Assembly (NCBI GenBank): GCA_026770705.1
Contig: JANJGN010000031.1
Span: 930,001 to 994,000 of the forward strand
Direction of reading: 5' to 3'
DNA length: 64,000 nt
Origin: Isurus oxyrinchus
Taxonomy: Eukaryota
The position numbers and the translations under genes were made by a program. Below, one piece after another: positions 13,106 to 25,434 of the stretch. The number at the start of each line of letters is the position of its first letter. Positions within the stretch are counted from its first letter, which is position 1. The notes beneath the pieces are model-generated. The model ran no database searches, was not told where the DNA came from, and was given only the letters and a program-made list of their open reading frames with translations.

Positions 13106-15029
13106 CCTTCTCTATTTCCTAAGAGGAGGAGATGGGAAACAGGAGACAGAGGAGATCGGGGGAGGGGTGGTGGTGGCGGGGGTTAGGTGGGTGGGAGAGG
13201 CGGGTGGTGCAAGAGGCGGGGGAGATGGGGAGAAGGAAGCGGAGGAGATGGGGAGCAGGAGGCGGATGGGTGACAGTAGAGGGCACCCATAGCCTGGGGA
13301 CCTCATTGCAACCCTTTACACCGCTGTGGAAATAACCCCATTGCTGATTTTTTCAACAACATTTTTTAAAAGAATAGGAATGTTTTGTTTTCTGAAGGTA
13401 AAAAAGAAACAATGTTAATTGCTATAAATAGCAATACTCCTCCGTTGTGGGGGAGGGATCTTTGAAACATAACTTAGTGTATTGTTGCAAAGCAGAATTT
13501 TCACTCAAATAAGATCATTTACCTATTGCATTTGTCTCCCCGGGCAACCATACGTATTATTATCCTATAGCCCTACCAGTTGTTCTTCTAGGTAGGCAGT
13601 CTCCTTAAACGGGTTTATTAAGCCATTCTATAATAAAATGAAAGCATTCATGTCATAATCTTACCAAACTAATGACCAACAAAATAAAAACAAACGCCTA
13701 CAACCACACCAACGCCCTCCACTTCTCTCTCTCCCCGCCCCCCCCCCCCCCCACCCCCCGCCCTACACACCTTAAACCAGCTTATATTTCAACTCTTTCT
13801 TGGACTCACTCAAGTTCTGCCGAAGGGTCATGAGGACTCAGAACGTCAACTCTTTTCTTCTCTGCCGATGCTGCTAGACCTGCTGAGTTTTTCCAGGTAA
13901 TTCTGTTTTTGTTAAGTGACCAACAGACCATTTAAAGTTGGTCCAAGCACAAGTGTTCTGATGAAGTTCTACACCAAAACATGAACTTGTTACTTGCCTT
14001 TACATATGATTTGATCTTTAAATTCTCATCCTTGTATTCAAATCCCTCTGTGGCCTTGTCCTGCCACACCTCTGTAAATCTGTAATCTTCCAAGATCTCT
14101 GTGATCGTCCAATTCCCAACTTTTGCACATACTCAATTTGGCATGTTTCTCTGCTCATGAAAACCAGCACTTCCGCTCAAATTTTCGGTTACCTTGTTCT
14201 AATATTTCCACATGGCTTGGTGTCAACCCTTGTCTGGAATTTGATACCATAGCAACTTATGTCACAGCGAGCCTCTCATGTTGTGCAGCAACAAAATAAC
14301 ATCTTTCAATCATTTTCACTTTTGGAAGAAAACAAAAATCACAGATAAAAACACTGCCTGTTCAGAATTCAAGAACCATCTGAAATGCAGGCCCAGATTT
14401 TTGCTATGGCAAACGGGTTCTCCGTCATGGTAAATATATCAGAAATAGCCCAAGATCCTAAGTTACATCTGCAAACATGGTATATCCCATCTTCACATGG
14501 ACGGGGATGGAGTCAGGCTGGGTTCCATGCATGCACCTGTGAGACAGGCCATTTAGATCACCAGCTGCCTCCTCTGAAGTGCGATTTTGATAGGCCAGGA
14601 ATGTGAAGCCCGGCGTGTGCAAATTAGACCTGGTCTGTTAAGAGCTGGATTCGTTTGGATAGCAAAGATACCCCTTTGGAGAGGTAAGGTACTCCGTTTG
14701 ATATGGATTTGGGACACTTTTGGGAAAGCAAGGCAACTTTTGGGGTAGGTAAGGCACCCTTTGAGATTGTTGAAAGTAGACACGATTATGCAGAAAATGT
14801 GCATAAACACATTTGGACTGTCTAAGCTGTCAAAGAACTGTCACAACTCATTGGAACTGTCAAAGCTGTGAAATAACTGCCAAAACTCTTTGGAACTGTT
14901 AAAGCTGTCCAGGGGTTTAACTCTGCTGGGCTTTAATTTAAAGCAAAATTGTAGAGCTCAAAGAAAAATCACTGCTTGATATTCTATTCTGTTTGTTGAC
15001 ATAATGTTGTCTTATTGGATTCAGAGTCA

Positions 15030-18000
15030 CAGAGTTATAGAGGTCTACATCACATAAAACTCCCTCAGCCCATCGAGTCAAACAAGTACCTAACTATTCT
15101 AATCTCATTTTTCAGCACTAGGCCCATAGCTTTGTAAGCCATGGCATCACACGTGCACATCCAAATACTTCTTAAATGTAACGAAGGTTTCTGCCTCTAC
15201 CACCCTTTCAGGCAGCAAGTTCCAGATTCCTACCACCCTCTGGGTGAAAAAAATTCTTCCTGACCTCTCCTCTAAACCTCCTGCCCCTTACCTTAAATCT
15301 ATGCCCCCTGGTTATTGATCGATCCACCAAGGGGTATAGTTGCTTCTTGTCTACCCTATCTATGCCCCTCATAATGTTATGAACCTCAATCATGTCCCCC
15401 CTTAATCTTCCCTGCTCCAGGGAAAATAACCCGAGTCGATCCAATCTCCCCTCATAACTAAAATTCTCCAGCCCAGGCAACATCCTGGTGAATCTTCTCT
15501 GCACTCTTTCTAGTGTAAACACATCCTCCCTATAATGCGGATCCCTGTATTGCACACAATACTCTAGCGTTTTACATAGTTCCAGCTTTAACCTCCCTGC
15601 TCGTATATTCCATGCCTCGACTAAGAAAGGCAAGGATCAAGTATGCCTTCTTAACCACCTTATCTACCTGTCCTGCTACATTTAGGGACATGCACACCAT
15701 GATTCCTCTGATCCTCAGTGCTTCCCCGGGTTCTACCATTCATCATGTATTCCTGTGCCTTGTTTGCCCTGCCTAAGTGCATCACCTCACACTTGTCCAG
15801 ATTAAATTACATTTGCCACTGATCAACCCTTCTAAACAGCCTATCTACATCCTCCTGTAATCTAAGGCTATCCTCCTCACTATTTACCAACCCATGTCAT
15901 CCGCGAACTTACTGGTCAACCCTCCTACATTCATGTCTAAATCATTTATATATACCACAAACAGCAAGGGTTCCAGCACCGATCCCCATGGAGCCCCACT
16001 GGACACAGGCATCCAGATACAAAAACACCCCTGGACCATCACCCTCTTCTTCATTCCCCACTCAGCCAATTCTGGATCAAATTTGCCAAATGGCCTTGGA
16101 TCTCATAGACTCTTACCTTCTTTATTAGTCTCCCATTGTGCGACCTTATCAAGAGCCTTGCTGAAGACCAAGTAGACTATGTCAAATGTATTGCCCTCGT
16201 CTACACACATGGTCACATCTTCGAATAATTCAATCAGATTGGTCAGACATGACCTCCCCTTAACACAACCATGATGACCGTCCTTGGTTAATCCCTGCCT
16301 CCTCACGTGTAGTTTAATAGTGTCCCTCAGAATTGCTTCCAATATTTTCCCCACAACTGTTAGACTGACTGGCTTGAAGTTCCCTGGTGTATCCCTTCCT
16401 CCCTTCTTGAATAACGGTACTAAATTGGCAGTCTACCAGTCCTCTGGCACCTCTCCCGTGGCTAGACAGGTATTGAAAATTATTGCCAGCTCCACTGCAA
16501 TCTCCTCCCTTGCCTCACTCAACAGCCGGGGATACATTTCATTCAGGCCGGGAGATTTATCAAATTTTAAGCCTGCCAGACCACTTATAACCTTTTCCTT
16601 TTCTATTCTAATTTCTTTCATTTAATCACCGTCCTTCTGGATGATTCCATACCCACGTCGACCCTCTCGATTGTGAACACCGACACAAAGTAGTCAGATA
16701 GAACGCTACCTATGTATTCTGGCTCCACACCCAAATTACCATATGGTACTTAATGAGCCCTACTCTTTACCTAGTTTTCCTCTTACTCTTAATGTACTTG
16801 TAAAATGACTATGGATTTTCCTTTATTTTACCTACAAATGTTTTTTTCATGCCCCCTTGTTGCTCTCCTAATTTCATTTTTAAGTTCCCCCTTGCACATT
16901 CTATATTCCTCTAGGGTTTCTGCTGTTCGCAGCCCTCGCTATCTGCCATAAGCCTCCCTTTTTCTCTTTATCTTTCATGTACATTTCTCGACATCCAGGC
17001 TTCCCTGGACTTGTTGGTGGAGGTTTTTTTTATCTTTACTGGAATACGTTGGACCTGTATCTCCCTATTTCCTTTTTGAATGAGTCCCATTGCTCTGACA
17101 CAGATTTACCGAAAGGTAGCTGCTCACAGTCCATTCTGGTCAAACCATACATGATATTATTAAAATCAGCCTTCTCACAATTTAGAAGTGTGATTTCTAG
17201 CCCATCTTTGTTTTTTCCATTGCAACCTTGAAACTTAGGATCACTATCCGCAAAATGCTCCCCCACAATACCTCTACCACTTGCTCTGTTTCATTCCCTA
17301 AAATTAAGTCCAGAACTGCCCCTCTCTTGAAGGACCTTCTACATAGTGGCTTAAAAAACTCCCCTGGATGCAAGTTAAAAATTCTGCTCCCTCTAAACCT
17401 ATCATACTATGACTAACCCAGTTAATGTAAGTAAAGTTGAAATTCCACACTATTACTGCTCTATTATCTTTACACTTCTCTGACATTTACCTACATATCT
17501 GCTCTTCTATTTCTCTCTGACTGTTTGGGGGACTAACCTACACTCCCAGTGTGATTGCTTCTCTTTTGTTTTTAAGTTCTGCCCATACAGCTTCATTTGA
17601 GGAGCCTTCTAAGATGTCATCCCGCCTTACTGCTGTAATTGACTCCTTGATCAAAACTGTCAGCCTTGTGTATGCACCTCAGTGATTCCAGCTGCTGCTC
17701 AAGCTCCGAAATTCGGAGCACAATTAGCTGCAGCTGGTGAGACTTCCTTCAGGCATGGTCGGTCAGGGCGCAAGGAGCTTCTAGGACTTCCCACATGTTG
17801 CAGGGGTACATAACACGGGACTAATGCCATGCCTCTAGTTGAAAGAAAAAGAAGCCTTACTTTAAGTTAAATACAGTACAAAAACGTTAAATTATTTATG
17901 TACTGAAACAAAAACTTGAAGTCTTACCTTTCCTTAGCTTAATCCATTTTAAACTGGAGAAAAACTGGATAAAAACACGTAGCCACTGCTCACCAATCAG

Positions 18001-18090
18001 CTCTCACCTTTGTGCTGACGTCAGTTTTTGAATCTTCCCCGCTCTCGCGCTGGATCTGACCTCTGCAACACTCTCTCCCACTGTCTTGTG
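15030..18090 (-). mobile_element. Long decayed CR1 (5' UTR, ORF1 N-terminal remnant, ORF2, 3' UTR)
   Basis: RT motifs GAPWGSVLEPLLF, KFADD and KSPGLNEMYPRLL; endonuclease remnant; 5' UTR with ccaatcag and tgacgtca (18016). Confidence 0.88.
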
Positions 18091-21000
18091 TTGGCACTCT
18101 TATTTTCAACAAGAACTGACTGCAGGACACTCTTCCCAGACTGCTTCACCGCAATGCTAACTGCAGGACACTCTTCCCAGACCTTAGCTTAATCTATTTT
18201 AAACTGGAGATAAACTGGAGAAAAAAACTGCAGATAAACACTTAACTACGACTCACCATTCAGCTCTCACCATTTTACTGACGTCATCAGTATTACGCTG
18301 TAATGGCTTATTTTACAAACTAACATTATCACAGTGGGGTGCCTATTAAGTCAGTCGTGTGATTATAGAATATAAATATTTGTTTTCATATGAGATTAGT
18401 TGAGGGAAGGTCAATGTATCACTTATTTTTTTTTAAATAATGATGTCTTCTATCGATACAGAATTTTATTTTATATCAGCATCGCTCCTGATGTTTGCCC
18501 ATTGGTGATAACTATGCTGTTTTTTTGTTTCAATGATACACACAGGCTGTCGGCATTGTAGCTGAGCTACCGTTATTGATAACACATTTCACAGAATCAC
18601 AGAATCACAATGTCACACAGTGCAAAAGAAGTCCTTTGGCTCATCGAGACTGTACCGAACATGAGCACATATCTATATTAGCTTTATTCTATAAAGACAG
18701 GTTCCAACACGGGATACCTTACCTTCAACCCCAGACCAGGTGATGCTATACCTAATACAGAGAACCTTACAGTATCTAATACTGGAGCCATAGCCACAAT
18801 CAACTATTATCATGACAGATACTATTTGAGTTTTCATGGAGATGATAAGTGAAAAGCGGGGTGGGTAGGGCAAATGAGGTGACATGAGTTAGCACTAAGT
18901 TGGCAAAGGGGCTATATAAAAGGTCATGGAGATAGGTGGGTGGCAAAGGGGTATGAGCAGCCATTGGAGTCGATGGGGGCATGATATGGAATCTGTTGCC
19001 ATGGATATGGCATGCAAGATGTGTGAGGTCTGAGGGGATGTGAGGGATGAGGGCTGGAGGGATGTGTATTTTATAATCTTTATATATTTTTTGTTTTGGA
19101 CACAGTGCTGGAGCCCTGAGACAGGTCTTTCAGACAGTCTGTGTCGGCATCTGGTCCCCTCCTCACTTTCTCTTAGGTCGCCTGAACTTCTATTCTAGCT
19201 CGAACCGCATCCCCAGACTGAAAATCAGACATGCAGGTAGCAATTTTTAAATGACGACTCAAAACGTCAACTTTGCTCTTCTCAGCCGATGCTGACAGAC
19301 CTGCTGAGTTTTTCAAGGTATTTCTGTTTTTGTTTTAGCAATTTTTAAAGGTCAGGTTCACGGAGCTGGGTGTTAAAATGAAGGCTTCAATCTCGATCCT
19401 CTGTCTCGCTAACAAATAGTGAGCTCAGAAATAATAGGACACCATTCCCTCAGCATTCATCTCGCTGAGTGCAACTCGCTATCAGTATCCCAGTTAAGCT
19501 GGTGTATTTAGCTGTGGCTGATCAGATTTCATTTGTGAAACCAATTACTTGCCAATGTCCAGCAAAAAACATTCGCTTGTCTCAACAATGAGTTGTGTGG
19601 TGGTCATGGTGCATACCATGACAAGGGAAGAGGATAATGCGGGCATACAGCACATAAGAAGAGTTAGATAGACACCATAATATTGTTAAAGGTCCATTTC
19701 ATAATAGCTTTCCTCATTTACAGCATGAACAGAAATAACTTGCATTCATGTAGCACCTTTCACAAAGAACTTTACAGATAATGGAATACTTTTGAAGCAT
19801 AGGCACAGTTGTAATGTGGGAAATGCAACAACTGATTTGTGCAAAGGCTGATCCCACAAAGAGTAATTAGTGTAGTGTCACAGGGATCAATTGTAAGTCC
19901 TCAACTATTTACAAGTTGCATGGAGGAAACAAAGAGTATGCCAAGAGCTATAGGTAGATAAGTGGGTGGGCATAAATTTGACAGATGGCATATAATATTG
20001 AAAATATGAAGTCATCCATTTTGGTAGGAAGAAAAAAAACAAAATATTATGTAAATGGAGAGAAACAACAGAATCAATTTACAGAGGAATCTGGGTGTCC
20101 TTGCACATGAATCACAAGACATTAACATGCAGGCAGAGCAAGTACTTTGGAAGGTAAGTGGAATGTTGCCCCTTTTTGCAAGAGGGATAGGGTTTAAAAG
20201 TAAGGAAGTATTGCTGAAACTGTGCAGAGTGTTGGTGAGACAGCATCTTGAGCACTGTGCTCTGTTCTGATCTATTTATATTAGGAGGGATATACTTCCT
20301 TTGGAGAGAATTCAGAAAATGTTCACTAGGTTGATTCCTAAAATAAAGGCATTGTCTTAAGAGGAATGATTGAGCAGGCTGGGCTTGTGATAGTACTCTA
20401 AATTATTTTCAACAAGAACTGACCGCGGGACACTCTTCCCAGACTGCTTCACCATGATGCTAACTGCAGGGCAATCTTCCCAGATTGCTTCACCTCGATG
20501 CTAACTGCAGGACATACTTCCCAGAACTTTGTTTAATCTATTTTAAACTGGAGAAAAACTGGAGGAAAAACTGAAGAAGAACACTTACACACTACTCACT
20601 AATCAGCTTTCACCTTTTTGCTGATGTCATTAGTATTAAGTTGTAATGACTTATTTTACAAACTAACATTACCACAGTTCGTTGCCTATTAAGTGAGCCA
20701 TTTGATTGATATCTCTAAGTGGCTATAGAATAGAAATAGTTGTTTTCCTATGAGATTACTTGAAGGAAGTTCAATGTATCACATGTTCTTTTAAACAATG
20801 AAGTCATGAATAGACACATCATTTTATTTTAATCAGCATAGCTCCTGACGTTTGCCTATCGTGGATATTATATTGTTTTTTGTTTCAATGATATACACAG
20901 GCCGTCGACTTTGTAGCTGAGCTAACTTTATTGATCAAACGTTTTCCTAACATGAACACATATCTGCAGTGGCTGAATTATATCAAGAGAGGTTCCAGCA

Positions 21001-22875
21001 TGGCCTATCTGACCTTCAACCCCCAGGCCAGGGGGTTGATGCCATATCTAGCACAGACTGGCCATACAGTATCTAACACTGCAGCCACAACCATAATCAG
21101 CAATTATCATGACAGGTACTAGTTGAGTTTTCATGGAGAGGATACGTAAAAGGGGGGTGGGTGGGGCAAATGGACTGGCATGATATAGCACTAAGTTGGC
21201 ACGGGGGTCTATAAAGGGCCATGGAGATAGTTGGTTGGCATAGGCTTATGAGGAGCCATAAGAGTCGATGGGAGCATGAGGAGGATTCTGTTGCCATGGA
21301 TGTGGCATGCCGAGTGTGTGAGGTCTGAGGGGATGTGAGCGGTCAGGGTTGGAGGGATGTTTATGTTATAATCTTTATTTTTTTTTGGCCTTCCTCCCAG
21401 CCTGCCTTGGAACTTGTCACCTTCTATTCCAGCTTAACCCACGCCCTCTGCTGAATGCAACTCGCCATCAGTAGCCCAGTCAAGCTGGTGTATTTAGCTT
21501 TGGCTGATCAGATTTCATTGCTGAAACCATTTACTTGCCAATGCCCTGCAACAAACATTTGCTTGTTTCAACAATGAGCTATGTGGGGGTCATGGGTCAT
21601 ACAATGGCAAGGGAGGAGAATAATGAGGGCATACAACACATGAGGAAAGAGTTAGATGAACGTCATTGTAATCTGAATGTTCCATTTCATATTCCTTTCC
21701 TCATTTACAGCATGAACAGAAAGAACCTGCGTTCAAATAGCGCCATTCACAACCTCAGGATTTCCAAAAGCACTTTAGATCTAATGGAATACTTTTGAAG
21801 TGTAACTACTGTTTTAATGTGGGAAATGCAATAACTGATTTGTGCACAGGCAGATCCCACAGACAGTAACTAGTGCAGTGCCCCAGGGATAATTTCTGAG
21901 ACTTCAACTATTTACAAGTTGCAAGCAGGAAACAAAGAGTCTGCAAAGAGGTATAGATAGATAAGTGAGTGGGCATATATTTGGCAGATGGCATATAATG
22001 TGGGAAAATATAAAATCATTCATTTTGGTAGGAAGAACAGAAAAACAAAATATTATTTAGATTGATTCCAGAGATGCGGGGCTTGTCTTATGAGGAGAGA
22101 TTGAGTGGTTTAGGCCTATACTCACTAGAGTTTAGAAGGATGAGAGGAGATCTAATTGAGGCATATAAGATGCTAAAGGGGATAGACAATGTAGATGTGG
22201 AGCGGACATTCCCCTTCTGGGGCATTCTAGAACAACAGGCCATAGCTTTAGGCTAAGGGGTGGTATATGTAATCAGAGATGAGGAGGAATTAGTTTTTTC
22301 AAAGGGTCGTGAATCTGCGGAAATCACTACCTCAGAGTGCAGTGGATGTCGGGACGCTGAATAAGTTTAAGAGGGAGATAGAGATATTTTAATTAGTAAT
22401 GGGTTGAAAGGTTATGGGGAGAGGGCAGGAAATTGAAGTTGATGCCGAAATTAGATCAGCCATGATAGCAATAAATGGCGGGGCAGGCTCGAGGGGCTGA
22501 ATTGCCTACTCCTGCTCTTTGTTCTTATGTTCTTATGTAAAGAGAGAGAGAGACTAAGAATTTATTTACAGAGGAATCTGGGTGTCTTTGTACATGAATC
22601 ACAAGAAATTAACATGCAAGCAGAGCAAGTAATTAGGAAGGTAAATGGAATGTTGCCCTTTATTGCAAGAGGGATGGACTTTAAAAGTAGGGAAGTCTTA
22701 CTGCAAACTGTACAGAGTTTTGGTAATACTGCATCTCTAGCACTGTGCACAGTTCAGACTCATTTAAATTAGGAAGAATAAACTTCCATTGAAGACAATT
22801 CGGCGAAGTTCACTAGGTTGATTCCTGAAATGAAGGGGTTGTCTTACAAGGAAATGATGTGCAGGCTGGGCCTAT
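18090..22875 (+). repeat. Tandem segmental duplication, units ~18090-20388 and ~20392-22875
   Basis: Both units start ttattttcaacaagaactgac..ggacactcttcccagactgcttcacc and are colinear through to gcaggctgggc. Unit 2 has an extra CR1 3' end at ~22060-22545; unit 1 has a pLTR fragment at ~19255-19335. Confidence 0.88.
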
Positions 22876-23836
22876 AGCCATTTAGAAGAATGTGAAAAAT
22901 CTTATTGAAGCATACAAGATTATGAAGGTACTTTACAGGATAGATGCTGAGGGAGAATGTTTCACCTCATTGGATAAGCTAGAATGAGGGGGTGGGTGGT
23001 GGTGGGGGGATGGGGGGGTCAACGTTTCAAAATAAGGGTTGTCCATGTGAGACAGAAGTGAAGGTGATTTTCTTCTTTCAGAGGCTTATGAATCTTTGGA
23101 ATTCTGTACCCCAAACATCCATGGAAGATGGGTCAGGTAATATATTCAAAGTTGAGTTAGACAGATATTTGATCGACAAGAGAGTCAAGAAAAATGGGGA
23201 ACAAGCAGAAAAGTGGAGTTGAGGTCAAGATTGGATTAGCGTTGCTTACTGAGTAACCAATCAGGCTTACGGAGCCAAATGGCCTACTCCTGATCCAATT
23301 TATTGTACTCCTATGTAAGCAGCAATGCGATTATGAGCACAAATTCTGTTTTAGTGATGTTAGTTGAGGGATAAATATTGGCTGGGATACTGAGAGAACT
23401 TGCCTACTCCTTTCAAATATGCCACAACTATAGAGTAAACTCACAAAGGCTACAGCCTCAACTAGGGGCCACACTCAGAGGAAGCACTTGCAAGAGGCAC
23501 TGGGGGTGACAACACTTTAGTCCTAATTTCTTATCTTGCATTCCTTTCAACCACTGATGAATTCAACCCGTATGTTATCATTATATATAGGGTCATTGGA
23601 GAGATGTTTTAGACAACTCCAAAATCAAAACAAGAGTAATCAACCAAAGGTTTATGCAAGAAAACTAAGGCTCCATGTATAGACACCATCATTATGTCAC
23701 CTACGTTCATTATAATGAGTCTTTTAAAGATGCCCAAATACAGGCCAATACGTACTTAAAAGTAAAACTCTTCCTGTTGTAAAGTAGGCCCATAAAGTTT
23801 TGAACCAAAAGGAAAATAAAACCTTTATATACTAAC

Positions 23837-24095
23837 CTGTAGCTTGTCCACTGCAACTTTCAAGGATTCGTGAATATCTGTTGGTCCTTTGTCTGCGTCA
23901 CTCACTCCTCCTGTAGCCCCAGAGAAGGACGAAAAGTAAGAAAAATATCACAAGGAGAAAGATGTTACTCCTGACCAATAGGTAATACAGCAGGCAGTTC
24001 ATGTGAAAATAAGTTGTAGCCATTGCAAAAGCTTTTATTTACAATCTCTAGAATTTTGCTGTGCAAATCATTTCTTGCAGACTGGGGTCGCAATG
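23837..24095 (-). other. Two candidate phase-compatible exons of an unidentified gene (24095-23976 and 23910-23837)
   Basis: Both have AG acceptors with pyrimidine tracts and GT donors, joined by a 65-bp phase-1 intron. Spliced frame is open: LRPQSARNDLHSKILEIVNKSFCNGYNLFSHELPAVLPIG/GVSDADKGPTDIHESLKVAVDKLQ. No homologue recognised. Confidence 0.3.
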
Positions 24096-25434
24096 CTGAG
24101 AAACTACAGAAAACCATTAGCTGATAGGCCAATAAATAGGCACGAGAGAGGAAAGGACACAAAGCAAGACAGTTGGACATTAATTGTTGATGGCAAAAGT
24201 TGGACAGTCAGTGGATTGAGTATGCTGTAGTATCTAATAGTACAGAAGGAGGACATTCTATCCATTGTGACTGTGCTGGCTCTTTGATGGAATCATCTAA
24301 TCAGTTCCCCTCAGTTTTCCCTTTTCTGTTACCCTACAAATTTATCATTTTATGTATTTTCTAATTCTCCTTTGATAGTTACTATTTAATCTGTTTCCAC
24401 CATCCTTCTCAAAAGCACATTGAACATTGTGACAACTTACTATAAGAAAAAATTCTCACCCCCCACAACCCCCAACCCACTCAACATCCCCAAATCTTAT
24501 ATTTCATATGCGTTGGTGTATATCTTGTGGTTTCGGTTGTGGTTCAGAAATATTAAGGTCGAGGAAACAAAGCTCGATATGTTGTTAGAAGGAAGTAAAT
24601 TTATATAGGAGGTCTGTTCCAATTGAATGTTGGAAACATTGTGGTCATTTCGCAGGATTTCTAATGCTATTTAGAGTTTTTGACATCTATTCAAGTTTCT
24701 TCCAGCTTTGCTAGGTTAAATTATTTCTGCATTGCAGTACCTTTAGTGGCCACTACCTTAGCTAGCCATGGGATTATTATTTCACTGCAATGGTGGCGCT
24801 GTCGAGCACTTTCTGATTTTTCTCGGGCTTACTTAAGCACCACCCACAAAACAGCCTTTTTTGGGGCGAAATTGGAGTTCTCTGTTTCAAAAGGTAAGTA
24901 AAACAGTTAAAAAAGCTTTTTTTAAAACCTTCATTTAGCTGTTAGGAACTGTTAATGGAGAGACTCTTCTCCCCACAGCCCATGCTGCAGTATTTACCTT
25001 CAGCAATAATTGACACATTTCTGCCTGAGAGTTCCGCTTAGTGAGGTCTCACTCCTGCTAGGTAAGTCCTGTTCCTCCACAAACTTTGCAGCAAATAGAC
25101 TTTTACTAATTAAGCTCTCCCAGAATTGGACAATATTACTGGAGCTCGATGCCTGCTAGCCGGAGCAAGTTGTGATTCCAAGACATTGGTATGGTGTGTG
25201 GAATGTCTATAAAGCCACAGAATCACTTACACACAGAAAGGTTTGATAGATGTTTTACTTTCACACCAGTCCATTCCTTCCTGCTGCATGCGAAGGATTG
25301 CGACTTGAATTTTGCTCAATCAAATCTTCAAAACATGCTGCCAGCATGTTGTGGATGCCACACTTGAAAATCAAAGATCTTCAGAAAGCACCAGCTGCCA
25401 TCATGTTACCACCGTGGCAAGTTCTTCTTCTAGG

